64,000 nt of DNA, from the NCBI GenBank assembly GCA_963666205.1, contig OY762654.1, positions 1,248,001-1,312,000 of the forward strand, written 5' to 3'. This document shows positions 9,691 to 20,814 of the stretch, in pieces. Within the stretch, counting starts at the first letter, position 1. Each line of letters opens with the position of its first letter. The notes beneath the pieces were generated by a model. That model was not told where the DNA came from. It saw only the letters and a list, made by a program, of their open reading frames with translations, and made no database searches. The position numbers and the translations under genes are program-made. The DNA is from Synergistales bacterium (GTDB lineage: Bacteria; Synergistota; Synergistia; Synergistales; JAFGMB01).

Positions 9691-11144
9691 GAACCGAACA
9701 CTCCTATCATTGCAAGTATGCAGAAAAGAGACAGACCAATTATATGTACAAGCTCTTCAGGCCATTTGGGGATTTTCCAGTATCTGTCAAAAAGAAACAC
9801 CCTGTAAATTGCCATCCCTGCTAAAACCATTAAGGTAGATTTAAAAACATTGGACCATTCTGGTTTCATATGGACGAACTCAAGAACCAGAATGGAGGAA
9901 AGAAAAAAGAGGTTGCGTAAATTTACCACTCCTGTCCATTTCCCTGATGGAAGAAGGGGAAGGAAAAGAAACCTGGATGCATACACACATGAACCCATGG
10001 CAGCCAGATATACCGGGTAAACCTGCCATGCTGAAAGCCCCTTGAATACTATTGCCTTGGCTCCCAAACCTCCGAGAAGGGGAAGGCCCGCAAGTGCAAG
10101 AGATGCAATAACCAGAGGAAGCCAGTTCTCCTTCTTCAAACCACGTATTTGAAGAATATGCAGGTCCCTTTCTTTAAGTTCACCCGCACAGAGGAAAAGC
10201 CATGCCTTTAAGAGACCATGTGCCAGGGCATAAATATGACCTGCTCCTGGTACTGCCAGGATAAAACCCGTCTGGGAGACAGAGCTGTAAGCAATGACCT
10301 TTTTTATATCTCTCTCTACTGAAGCATAGCACATTCCCCAGAGCGATCCTGCCGCCGCAAGAATCAGGACGATCCTGAAGGCAGTCGGGTTCAGAAGGGA
10401 GATGCGAAGCAGAGGGGCAAGACCTATCTTGACTATAACTCCCGAGAGAAGAGCAGATACTGCTGTTTCAGCTTCTCCATAAGCTTCCGGTACCCAGAGA
10501 CCCATAAGAAACACTCCTCCCTTGATACAGAGACCTGTTACCAGTAGATAAACAGGAAGCCCGGAAAGGTCCGGAAGGATCGACATAGAGAAAGATCCGC
10601 TCCGGTTATAGGCATACAGGCACCCCAGCAGATAGAGGATCATACCAACGTTACCAACCATGAGATAAATAACAGCTGACCAGGCCTGCCTTGGCTTTTT
10701 ACCCAGCCTTATGAGAAGAAAGGCCAGTATACTTCCAAGCTCAACACAGACAAAGACATTGAACAGGTCGTAACTTATGAATACAGCATTTGCCGTTCCA
10801 TGTAACATGGCCATGAGAGGGAAGGCGAAAAGAGGGAGAGCTCCTTTTTGCATAGAAATAGTTACTCCAAGAAATACCAGACAATTCATAAGCACAAAGG
10901 TCCATGCGAACCGGTCCAGCAGAAGCTCTACACCGAAGGAACCTTCCAGGGAAAAACGGATCTCCTTACCATAGGCAAGCATAAGAACGGCAAGAATGGA
11001 ACCGGATAAAAATACAAAAGAAAGGATCCTCTTCCCATGATCAGGTTTCTTGAGAAGTATCACTCCTGTAATCAGGGGTATCAATACTATCAGGCAGATC
11101 GAAAATAGACCTGTAAGGTTTTGCGGGGCCATCAACGCTTCCAT
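9687..11144 (-). CDS. mnhD: Mrp/Mnh antiporter subunit D, copy 1
   Basis: DLFNVFVC.EL, K.G....GLW.PEAY, SALLSG..VK, D.KK..AYS..SQ.G and AHG..KA.LFL motifs. Confidence 0.92.
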   Translation of the reverse strand: MEALMAPQNLTGLFSICLIVLIPLITGVILLKKPDHGKRILSFVFLSGSILAVLMLAYGKEIRFSLEGSFGVELLLDRFAWTFVLMNCLVFLGVTISMQKGALPLFAFPLMAMLHGTANAVFISYDLFNVFVCVELGSILAFLLIRLGKKPRQAWSAVIYLMVGNVGMILYLLGCLYAYNRSGSFSMSILPDLSGLPVYLLVTGLCIKGGVFLMGLWVPEAYGEAETAVSALLSGVIVKIGLAPLLRISLLNPTAFRIVLILAAAGSLWGMCYASVERDIKKVIAYSSVSQTGFILAVPGAGHIYALAHGLLKAWLFLCAGELKERDLHILQIRGLKKENWLPLVIASLALAGLPLLGGLGAKAIVFKGLSAWQVYPVYLAAMGSCVYASRFLFLPLLPSGKWTGVVNLRNLFFLSSILVLEFVHMKPEWSNVFKSTLMVLAGMAIYRVFLFDRYWKIPKWPEELVHIIGLSLFCILAMIGVFGS

Positions 11145-11482
11145 TTTATCTGTATCCTCTCTGTGTCAAGAGTATGGAAATACCTGGAAAGGTCCATAAC
11201 CACAACTACCAGAAGGGCAAGGATGGAAAAGCCGATGACAATGTCTGTGAGGATAACCGCCTGGGGAACGGGATCTGCCACGGGAACTCCCGCAGAAGGA
11301 TCGGTCATTATGGGTGACCTGGATCTTTGCCAGGCCGAAAGGACAAAGAGGCTTATTACGCCGGTATTCATTATATCCATGGCTATTACTTTCATGATGA
11401 GGTTCCTCTTGAAAAGAATACCTCCAAGACCAATGGCAACAACTGAAAGAAGTATAGTCCTCACCACGAATATAACGTCCAC
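11132..11482 (-). CDS. mnhC: Mrp/Mnh antiporter subunit C, copy 1
   Basis: NLIMK.IAMDIM.TG and DPVPQAVILT.IVIGF motifs. GTG start at 11482 after GGAGGT. Confidence 0.92.
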   Translation of the reverse strand: MDVIFVVRTILLSVVAIGLGGILFKRNLIMKVIAMDIMNTGVISLFVLSAWQRSRSPIMTDPSAGVPVADPVPQAVILTDIVIGFSILALLVVVVMDLSRYFHTLDTERIQIKWKR

Positions 11483-11633
11483 GAAAGGACCTCCCCTGCA
11501 GGCAAAAGTATTTTCATGCTTAGTCACTAGTGTAAATGGTTAAAGAGAAGTTTGCAATAACTTCGCGAACATTATCCTAACGATGTAACATGCAGAATTA
11601 ATACATGGATAGAGTAAAAAGGGAGGATGGATC

Positions 11634-11666
11634 ACGGAATGTATCTATCTGGATAACAACGCCACC
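11634..11666 (+). pseudogene. Relic of the first 11 codons of nifS
   Basis: GGAGGATGG RBS followed by ACG GAA TGT ATC TAT CTG GAT AAC AAC GCC ACC = [11 protein letters not shown], versus [11 protein letters not shown] of intact nifS. Confidence 0.85.
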
Positions 11667-11745
11667 TGTTACAAGCAGAGGAATATAATGAAACCCCGTC
11701 AAGGCTGTCCAGATCAGAAAAAACCTCTGTTACAAAGGGTGTCAT
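11667..11745 (-). pseudogene. Frameshifted relic of the first about 27 codons of mnhE
   Basis: Reads MTPFVTEVF/LIWTALTGFHY/IPLLVT with frameshifts, versus MTPLVAAAFLLWVALTGLHDIPLIVT. The ATG overlaps the mnhD copy 2 stop, as in copy 1. Confidence 0.8.
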
Positions 11746-13199
11746 GAACCGAACACTCCCATCATTGCGAGAATGCATAGAAGAGACAGACCGATGATAT
11801 GCACAAGCTCCTCAGGCCACTTTGGCAGTTCCATAAAGTTTTTTCTCATAAACAGCAGGTAAAACCCCCATCCTGCCATAAAGAACAAAGAAGCCTTTAT
11901 CATGGAGAAAAGGGAGAAATACCCGGATGAGATGTCAAGAGCGACCAGGGAAACCACAAAAAACATATCTGTCCTGTTCAGCATCCTGGAAACCGGACAT
12001 CCAGGGTTCAAAGGAATAAAAACAAGTTTTGCAAAGGAAAGGCATGTCCCTGTTGCTGCCAGGTACATGAAGGGAACCTGCCAGTACGCCAGCCCTGTGA
12101 ATATCTTCGACTTGATGGCATATCCGCCCAGAAGGGGCATTCCGGATATAGCCAGAGCTCCGATAAGAAGAGGAAACCTGAGATCAGCGTTCAATCCCCT
12201 GCCTTTAAGTTCCTTGAGATCCCGGGTATTCAATCTGCCTGCTGTAAGGAATAGCCAGGATTTGAAAAGACCGTGCGCCAGTGCATAAATATGTCCAAAG
12301 GCAGGTAAAACCATAATGAAACCCATCTGGGATATGGTGTGATAAGCGAGCATTTTTTTAAGATCCTTTTCAAATACGGCATAGATAACACCGTACAAGG
12401 CAGTAAAGATCGCCAGCACTGACACTACCTTCAGGATAGCTGGAGAAAGAGTGGACATTCTGAGCAAAGGGGCAATGCCTATTTTTACTATAACTCCTGA
12501 AAGCAGTGCAGAAACGGTGCTTTCCGCTTCCCCATGGGCCTCGGGAAGCCACAGCCCCATACAGAAAATCCCTCCCTTGACCGATAGTCCTGTTACCAGA
12601 AGGTAAACAGGAAGCCCGGAAAGGTCCGGAAGGATCGACATAGAGAAAGAACCGCTCCGGTTATAGGCATACAGGCACCCCAGCAGATAGAGGATCATAC
12701 CAACGTTACCCACTATAAGGTACATAACAGACGACCAGGCCTGTCTTGGTTTTCTGCCGATCCTTATAAGAAGAAAAGCCAGGATGCTTGCCAGTTCTAT
12801 ACATACAAAAACATTGTACAAATCGTAACTTATGAAAACGGCATTTGCCGTTCCATGTAACATGGCCATGAGAGGAAAGGCGAAAAGAGGGAGAGTTCCT
12901 TTTTGCATAGAAATAGTTACGCCAAGAAATACCAGACAATTCATAAGCACAAAGGTCCATGCAAACCGGTCCAGCAGAAGCTCTACACCGAAGGAACCTT
13001 CCAGGAACAGGTGTATTTCCTTTCCCTCTATGAACATAACAACTGCAAGGACGGCCCCCGTTAAAAACATCACAGGAAGGATCTTCCTGCCATAATCAGG
13101 TTTCTTTAAAAGCATAACTCCTACAGAAAATGGGACCAGTACTATCAGACAGGCAGGAATGAGCCCTGACATGTTATCCATAAGGCTCAACGCTTCCAT
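11742..13199 (-). CDS. mnhD: Mrp/Mnh antiporter subunit D, copy 2
   Basis: Same motifs and the same 485-aa length as copy 1. WLPEAH, LAYHT.SQMG and HGLFK are closer to the usual consensus. Confidence 0.92.
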   Translation of the reverse strand: MEALSLMDNMSGLIPACLIVLVPFSVGVMLLKKPDYGRKILPVMFLTGAVLAVVMFIEGKEIHLFLEGSFGVELLLDRFAWTFVLMNCLVFLGVTISMQKGTLPLFAFPLMAMLHGTANAVFISYDLYNVFVCIELASILAFLLIRIGRKPRQAWSSVMYLIVGNVGMILYLLGCLYAYNRSGSFSMSILPDLSGLPVYLLVTGLSVKGGIFCMGLWLPEAHGEAESTVSALLSGVIVKIGIAPLLRMSTLSPAILKVVSVLAIFTALYGVIYAVFEKDLKKMLAYHTISQMGFIMVLPAFGHIYALAHGLFKSWLFLTAGRLNTRDLKELKGRGLNADLRFPLLIGALAISGMPLLGGYAIKSKIFTGLAYWQVPFMYLAATGTCLSFAKLVFIPLNPGCPVSRMLNRTDMFFVVSLVALDISSGYFSLFSMIKASLFFMAGWGFYLLFMRKNFMELPKWPEELVHIIGLSLLCILAMMGVFGS

Positions 13200-13537
13200 T
13201 TTATCTGTATCCTCTCTGTATCAAGAGTATGAAAATACCTGGAAAGGTCCATAACAACAACTACCAGAAGGGCAAGGATGGAAAAGCCGATGACAATGTC
13301 TGTGAGGATAACCGCCTGGGGAACAGGATCTGCCACGGGAACTCCCGCAGAAGGATCGGTCATTATGGGTGACCTGGATCTTTGCCAGGCCGAAAGGACA
13401 AAGAGGCTTATTACGCCGGTATTCATTATATCCATGGCTATTACTTTCATGATGAGGTTCCTCTTGAAAAGAATACCTCCAAGACCAATGGCAACAACTG
13501 AAAGAAGTATAGTCCTCACCACGAATATAACGTCCAC
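13187..13537 (-). CDS. mnhC: Mrp/Mnh antiporter subunit C, copy 2
   Basis: Protein identical to copy 1 from the GTG start. Confidence 0.92.
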   Translation of the reverse strand: MDVIFVVRTILLSVVAIGLGGILFKRNLIMKVIAMDIMNTGVISLFVLSAWQRSRSPIMTDPSAGVPVADPVPQAVILTDIVIGFSILALLVVVVMDLSRYFHTLDTERIQIKWKR

Positions 13538-13667
13538 GAAAGGACCTCCCCTGCAGGCAAAAGTATTTTCATGCTCAGTCACTAGTGTAAATGGTTAAAA
13601 AGGAGTTTGCAATAATTTCACAAACAACAACTTAATGATGTAAAATGAAAGAGCGATACACAGATAG

Positions 13668-14849
<1,182 letters not shown>

Positions 14850-14892
14850 TGGACTTCTTCGGAAACAGATACTTTGAAAGAGGGTGATCCAT

Positions 14893-15858
14893 ATGGCAAA
14901 AAAAGATCTCATAGGAGGTTCCCTCTGGGAACAGTACTCGGATAAGGTTACCCAGAGAATGGTAAATCCTGCATTTATGGGAGATATAACAGAGGAAGAA
15001 GCTGAAAAACTTGGAGGAAAGCTCATTGTGGCAGATTGGGGAGCAGAGGCCTGTGGTGATGCGGTGCGCCTCTACTGGGTGGTAGATCCTGAAACAGACA
15101 AAATACTGAAGGCCAGGTTCAAGACCTTCGGTTGCGGAACCGCCATAGCTTCAAGCGACGTTATGGCTGAGATGTGTATCGGAAAAACAGTCGATGAAGT
15201 GCTTAAAATAACAAACCTGGACGTTGAGCGAGGACTGAGGGACTCCGAAGATACTCCTGCCATACCACCCCAGAAAATGCACTGCAGTGTAATGGCCTAT
15301 GATGTACTGAAAAAAGCGGCATCTCTCTACAAGGGTGTGGACATGGAAAGCCTTGAAGGAGAAGAGATCGTCTGCCAGTGTGCCAGGGTTTCTCTCAAAA
15401 CTATAAGAGATGTGATCAGGCTTAACGACCTGAAAACGGTAGAGGATATAATTCATTACACTAAAGCAGGGGCATTCTGCAAATCCTGCATAAGGCCGGG
15501 GGGACATGAACCTAGAAAGTATTATCTAGAAAACATCCTTCGTGAAGTACGTCATGAAATGGAAATGGAATCTGCTTCCGGACATACAACTGTAACCGAC
15601 TTCACACAGATGACACTGATACAGAAACACAGAGCAGTGGAATCGGTAATAGATAAAGAGATAAGGCCAATCCTGCTCCTCGACGGCGGGAACCTGGAGG
15701 TTGTGGACATGAAGGAACATGCAGACCTGGTGGAGATCTTCATCAGCTACAGCGGTGCATGCAAGGGCTGCCCGAGCAGCCAGACCTTCACCCTCCAGAG
15801 GATAGAAGATTCCCTGAAGGAAAACCTTTCTGAAAAGATAAAGGTCACTCCTGTATAA
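14893..15858 (+). CDS. nifU: Three-domain Fe-S scaffold NifU
   Basis: IscU domain (CGD, FGCG.AIASS, KMHCS), central CxC...CxxC [2Fe-2S] domain and C-terminal Nfu DGG...GACxGC domain. Confidence 0.95.
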   Translation: MAKKDLIGGSLWEQYSDKVTQRMVNPAFMGDITEEEAEKLGGKLIVADWGAEACGDAVRLYWVVDPETDKILKARFKTFGCGTAIASSDVMAEMCIGKTVDEVLKITNLDVERGLRDSEDTPAIPPQKMHCSVMAYDVLKKAASLYKGVDMESLEGEEIVCQCARVSLKTIRDVIRLNDLKTVEDIIHYTKAGAFCKSCIRPGGHEPRKYYLENILREVRHEMEMESASGHTTVTDFTQMTLIQKHRAVESVIDKEIRPILLLDGGNLEVVDMKEHADLVEIFISYSGACKGCPSSQTFTLQRIEDSLKENLSEKIKVTPV

Positions 15859-16126
15859 TTGCTCCTGAATAAGGATGCCACTATTGTGGGGAAAGCTTTC
15901 ATCTATAGTTTTCCCCTTTTTTTCTACAATTCAGGGACATGATTCCGGCAGAACATACAAGAAGGGAATGTTGCTTCAATAGAGGAAAATGGCCCTCGAA
16001 TGGGGGTGGAAAAAACAGGCATTCTTTTATCAACGAAAATTCCTGATCAGAAAGACAGTCAAATGAGCTACACTGGAAGGAAATTGCCATATTACGGAAA
16101 GTCCCTTCCGGTATAGGTGGAGTATC

Positions 16127-16474
16127 TTATTTGCTTCTGGTAAGTTTTATTGAAAGAAACATGCTTTTTTCGTCATAATCCAGCTCTGCATGATCGGACA
16201 TTATCCCTAGAAGGGCAAATTCAGATTCCACATCCGAATCCCCGGAAAGACTCCAGTAATATTCCTCCATCTGTGGATTCCTCGGCTGGTTTAATAATTT
16301 CTTTATCCTGTTCGCCTTTTCTCGGCGCATATCCTGACAGGATCCGGAAATGGTTATCACATATCGCTCCCTTTCTTCCAGTATCCTCAAATTCATATCC
16401 CTGCAATCATATTTCAAAAAATCGCTGATCAGTTCTTCTGCCATTCTGGCTATTCTCTGTTTGTAATGGATCAT
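16127..16474 (-). CDS. Hypothetical protein coupled to the DUF1576 gene
   Basis: 115-aa ORF overlapping the upstream stop (ATGA), with a conserved-looking R..QMEEYYW.L.G motif. Confidence 0.75.
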   Translation of the reverse strand: MIHYKQRIARMAEELISDFLKYDCRDMNLRILEERERYVITISGSCQDMRREKANRIKKLLNQPRNPQMEEYYWSLSGDSDVESEFALLGIMSDHAELDYDEKSMFLSIKLTRSK

Positions 16475-17736
16475 CTCGAATCCCTCCTGGTTATTACCTC
16501 TAATATTGGGACAAGGACCATTGCCACTATCCCCCCGGCAAAACCGTTGTTGTAAAGATTGAATCCGGAATGCAGAACCCCTACGTTAAGTACAACCGAG
16601 GAATGGACAAACCCTGCAAGAATCCCCCATTTCCACCCGAATTCACCGCTTATGGGGGCAAGGGTGGTTCCAAAAAGTGCAGCCAGCTGGATAGCGGGGT
16701 CTGTTATAGCCCAGGATTTAGTAAGTGCTCCCAGACCTACTCCAATGAAAATGGGAAGGCTATTCTTGAGGTGTTTGCCAAAAGCACTGAATCCAACAAG
16801 TGTAAATATTCCGGCCAGAGTCGGTCCGTTAAGATCTCCCCTGATAGCAATTATATAAAAAGTGCTGAAAAAACCCATGACACCCATGTTGAACAAGGTG
16901 GCCCCCCAACTTTCAAGGGCGATAAAATCCGTTATCAGGCGCCCGGAATAATGCCATATGGCTCTCTGGGATTTTATAATACCCCTTCCTCCTATAACTA
17001 TAGCCATTAATATCATGACTGAAAACAGGGATACAAGAAATACTCCCAGTATCAGGTTGTTCCCTGTGGTCCATATCATCCTGCTATCCGTCAGGAAACC
17101 GTAAGAACGGAAAATTGATACGTAAAGGGTACCCACTACCCCCGAAACGAAACCTATATTGTAGAGGTTGAAGCCATGATGGACCTTGAGCATCTGGCTT
17201 GCAAGGGTAGGCAGCACAAAACCTATGGAAAGTCCTGTTACAGAAGAGAGAATGATTCTCACTAATGGAGGTACAGATATGCCGAACATAAGCTGGCTGA
17301 CAAGAGGTGAAAGAGCCGTACCAAAGACAGCTACATAAACATATTTTGAAAAATTCTCCCTGCTGAAAACAGAAAAAAGGTAAACGCCGGTAATAATGAA
17401 CCATATGTTGAAAATATTCTTCCCCAGGAAACCAAAACCCGCCACAGTAAAGATAGAGGCCACTGATATCCCTGTTATCCGGGTTTTTTGAGTCAGGAAG
17501 AGAATACCAATTATGAGGGAAAGAAAACCACTATTGAAAAAGGCAGCTCCCATACCGCCAATACCAATGTAGTCACTGATGAGATAATCGGGGTCTTCGA
17601 TGATCAGAAGAACTCCTCTCAGAAGCTCCATTGAGGGTTCCATGAGAAGCCCCGTAGTGATAATAAGGAGTGAAAAGGAGAAAAGGAAAAAGTACGGAAA
17701 AAGCCATTCTCTTCTCTGTGAAAGATATATTGCCAT
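16471..17736 (-). CDS. DUF1576 family membrane protein
   Basis: Two repeats with GF.FLGKN/GFSAFGKH, FGT.L.P and H.GFNLYN.GF..G motifs. Confidence 0.88.
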   Translation of the reverse strand: MAIYLSQRREWLFPYFFLFSFSLLIITTGLLMEPSMELLRGVLLIIEDPDYLISDYIGIGGMGAAFFNSGFLSLIIGILFLTQKTRITGISVASIFTVAGFGFLGKNIFNIWFIITGVYLFSVFSRENFSKYVYVAVFGTALSPLVSQLMFGISVPPLVRIILSSVTGLSIGFVLPTLASQMLKVHHGFNLYNIGFVSGVVGTLYVSIFRSYGFLTDSRMIWTTGNNLILGVFLVSLFSVMILMAIVIGGRGIIKSQRAIWHYSGRLITDFIALESWGATLFNMGVMGFFSTFYIIAIRGDLNGPTLAGIFTLVGFSAFGKHLKNSLPIFIGVGLGALTKSWAITDPAIQLAALFGTTLAPISGEFGWKWGILAGFVHSSVVLNVGVLHSGFNLYNNGFAGGIVAMVLVPILEVITRRDSR

Positions 17737-18229
17737 CGTTTTAATAACCCCCTTTAGCCGCCACTCCAATACTGGAAAATTTAGAATTACAAATATCTCC
17801 TACTCAAACATACCCGAAAGGCTCCGTGGTTCTTCCCATCCATGGATCACTCTTTTCTAAAAAGCGGGAAAATCCAGGATATTCTTAACTTCATTCACTG
17901 ATAAGCCTGAAAGACGAACAACTTTTTCGATGGACCTCGGTCAGATATGCATAATTATCTTCAGGAACTTATCTAAAGGTTCAGAGACAATCAACAAAGA
18001 AGAAGCATAATGTACAAGTATCCTGCCATTGATTTCCATGGATCTGTCAGCATTTCTGAAACTATTAAGAACACCGGTAAGACCAATTTTGAACCTGACG
18101 GACTTGTTCCACCATTTCTTCGTTTCCATGCATGAATTTCAATAAGGATAGCACAGATGGACACCTGATTTCCAAAACCAGAAAAGCTATGATACGTTAA
18201 AATAGGAAGTATGGAGGTGATCACCCATC

Positions 18230-19186
18230 ATGCGAAAACGAACGCTGGTCTCCCTCGTTTCAGTTTGTCTGCTGCTCTGCTTCACCTTTTCCGCCAATGC
18301 AGCATCCCTGGCAAAGGTAATGTCCCTCCCCATATGGGTAGGAGAGGGCAAAGACAGGGTCAGGATAAGGGTGGGAGACATATTCAAAAACACCCTGGAC
18401 TGGGCTTTGACAACCGGGGGTTATGCTATCAATGACCCGTTGAGTTTTACCACAGTCCTTACGAACCTGCCCACAGAATTCAAAGGGGTTCTTCTGACAA
18501 AGATAGAGATGGAAAGACATTATGCCTACAGGCGCCTTATGGAAGCCGAAGATGAGGGATATGCACCCGATAAAAAGTACTTCGGCCAAATGGTGGAACG
18601 TCTCGAGGCTGCAAAAACCTGGGTTGCTACCGGGGACGGGAAAGACCTTGCCAGGCTCGTTGCCCGGGCAAAGAAGGAAACCACCCCTGGCCAAAAACAG
18701 AAGATAAGCACTGTATCCTCTGAACTCCTGCACTCCACCGGATACTTCAAGGCAAGAGAACAGCTTATGCTTCCCTTTAAGGATAACAGTCTCTTCTTCG
18801 AGGTATTTCTGAACGAACATGGAATACCCCAGATACGGGGAGACGGAAAGATAAAGATACAGATGGGAAGCGATTACGTTTATTTCTATTTCAGAATAAA
18901 AAGGGGAGAGATAAGAGACCCTGACCCCAACAAGACTTATCTTGACCTGTCTGAAATTCCCAAAAGGATCAGATGGGAAATATATGGCCGTATAGACCTT
19001 GAAATGAGCGGGCAGAATGCTCCCTTTGACGGAAGTATCCAGGGAGAGGCCTACCTGGACGGCAATACTATAACAGGAAACATCTACGGCCAGAGAGGCT
19101 ATATGAACAGGCTCTGGCCTGCAGGAAACCTTGTAATAGATGCACTTCCCGGAACCCTTGACTTCGAGACGAGCCACTACTTTTAG
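18230..19186 (+). CDS. Hypothetical exported protein
   Basis: GGAGGTGA RBS and signal peptide ending ANA. No family recognised. Confidence 0.75.
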   Translation: MRKRTLVSLVSVCLLLCFTFSANAASLAKVMSLPIWVGEGKDRVRIRVGDIFKNTLDWALTTGGYAINDPLSFTTVLTNLPTEFKGVLLTKIEMERHYAYRRLMEAEDEGYAPDKKYFGQMVERLEAAKTWVATGDGKDLARLVARAKKETTPGQKQKISTVSSELLHSTGYFKAREQLMLPFKDNSLFFEVFLNEHGIPQIRGDGKIKIQMGSDYVYFYFRIKRGEIRDPDPNKTYLDLSEIPKRIRWEIYGRIDLEMSGQNAPFDGSIQGEAYLDGNTITGNIYGQRGYMNRLWPAGNLVIDALPGTLDFETSHYF

Positions 19187-19204
19187 GCAAAGGAGGATCA
19201 GCTG

Positions 19205-20107
19205 ATGAAAAGATCAGAACTGAAGACTGTATTTCCGGCACTTCTGGTAATATGCTGTTTGATCATGGTTGTAAATATCCCCCCTGCCTCATGTGGCGAG
19301 GATGCTGATTCCCGATATAAACTTGCCAGGCAGTACCATAACGGTGAAGGCAAACCAAAGGACCGGCATAGGGCCTTCGAACTGTTTCAGGAAGCCGCAG
19401 AAAAGGGACATAAAGTGGCTCAGTTCTACATGGGTGTCTACTATGACTTCGGGTACATCTTCGAGAAGGACCTGAAAAAAGCAGCCTACTGGTACGGCAA
19501 GGCGGCCGATCAAGGACAGGAAAACGCCCAGTACAACCTTGCCAACATGTACCATTCAGGCAATGGAGTTTTAAAAGACAGGAAAAAAGCTTTCGCTCTT
19601 TATAAAAGTGCGGCAGAACAGGGGCATACCAGCTCTGAGTTCAAAGTGGGCCTTTATTATGATGAAGGTTATATAGCCCCCCCGGATTACAGAAAGGCAG
19701 CCCTGTGGTATGAAAAATCAGCCATGAAGGATCACGTTAGATCCCAGTACAACCTCGGATTTGTGTATTGGGGATTTGGAGATACAACTTTGAAAGACCT
19801 GGAAAAGGCCGAATGGTGGTTTATGATGGCCGCCCTTCAGGAAGATGTGAAATCCATGACCGAACTGGGCCTGTTATACGTAACCATGGGATCTGAAGGA
19901 AAGGTACAGTTATACTATGACAGGGGATATTACTGGCTGAGAAAGGCCTCTTTCAATGATGATGCAAGAGCCATGTACTACCTGGGCCTGATGTACTCAA
20001 AAGGGGATGGAGTTCAAGAGGACCTTAAGAGAGCAAAATCGTGGCTTGAAAAAGCTGCCGCCAAAGGAAATAAAGACGCGAAAAAGATCCTGACCGGAAT
20101 GAATTGA
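19205..20107 (+). CDS. Exported Sel1-like repeat protein
   Basis: About seven repeats of A(Q)Y.LG..Y..G.G...D...A..WY.KAA.QG, with a hydrophobic N-terminal signal. Confidence 0.92.
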   Translation: MKRSELKTVFPALLVICCLIMVVNIPPASCGEDADSRYKLARQYHNGEGKPKDRHRAFELFQEAAEKGHKVAQFYMGVYYDFGYIFEKDLKKAAYWYGKAADQGQENAQYNLANMYHSGNGVLKDRKKAFALYKSAAEQGHTSSEFKVGLYYDEGYIAPPDYRKAALWYEKSAMKDHVRSQYNLGFVYWGFGDTTLKDLEKAEWWFMMAALQEDVKSMTELGLLYVTMGSEGKVQLYYDRGYYWLRKASFNDDARAMYYLGLMYSKGDGVQEDLKRAKSWLEKAAAKGNKDAKKILTGMN

Positions 20108-20124
20108 TGGACGCGAAACTTTCA

Positions 20125-20153
20125 GCAGGGAGTAGATATATTTAACTCCCTGC
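20125..20153. terminator. Hairpin between convergent genes
   Basis: GCAGGGAGT...ACTCCCTGC inverted repeat. Confidence 0.6.
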
Positions 20154-20161
20154 TCTCTTCA

Positions 20162-20773
20162 TCAGATACGGGGGTTCTCCCGTTCAAAACAGGTAATGCA
20201 GAGAACCCGTCCACCGGAAAGCCTTGCCTTTGTCTCCATAACCATTTCTCCACAATCTTCACAGGAAACACTTTTTTTCATGGGAGCATATTCAGGAACT
20301 GGGAACTGGACTTCCTTCACCTCGAACAGGTCTACCAGGTCAGCCCCCAGTATCATGCCGGAATGTTCATCCCGAAGTTCCAGAAACCGGGTCCAGTCAT
20401 CTTCAGAGAGGGAACCTTCGTTACTTTTCTTCTGCAGTTCCCTATACTCCTCCCGTCCTTTATCGTCACCAGGGCGAAGGACTATCCTTTTAGACTTTCC
20501 ATCCCTCCGACGGTAGAAACTGAAAGCGACCTTTCCCAATGTCCTGACCACAAGATTACCCTTTCCCAGGGTACATCCTGTGAGGAACTGGATGGCATCC
20601 ACTCCGCAGAAGTCCGTCTCTGCAACTGTAACGATATCTTCATCCAGGCTGTGGCCAAATTCCTGCAGGGCAAATTCTGACGCCCTGATACCGATCGCCA
20701 GCCCCGGACACCAGTGGCCGTGAAAATCTATACATTTATGTATAAGCTCTTCGGTAATTATTTGTTTGGACAT
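20162..20773 (-). CDS. fmdE: FmdE family protein with C-terminal zinc finger
   Basis: FHGH.CPGLA.G, C.VDAIQ..TGCT.GKGN and C-terminal CxxCGE...CxxC motifs. Confidence 0.92.
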   Translation of the reverse strand: MSKQIITEELIHKCIDFHGHWCPGLAIGIRASEFALQEFGHSLDEDIVTVAETDFCGVDAIQFLTGCTLGKGNLVVRTLGKVAFSFYRRRDGKSKRIVLRPGDDKGREEYRELQKKSNEGSLSEDDWTRFLELRDEHSGMILGADLVDLFEVKEVQFPVPEYAPMKKSVSCEDCGEMVMETKARLSGGRVLCITCFERENPRI

Positions 20774-20814
20774 ATAACTATCCCTCCTGAAAAGACAATT
20801 TCGATATTGACAGT

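Noticed and set aside
17941-18129. 62-aa ORF whose start (METKKWWNKSVRFKIGL) resembles a chemoreceptor/sensor N-terminus
   Set aside because: No TM segment or further homology follows. It may be a gene remnant but cannot be supported.
18260-19177. 305-aa antisense ORF
   Set aside because: It lies entirely opposite a gene with an RBS, signal peptide and operon partner, and has no motif. It is probably a codon-bias shadow.
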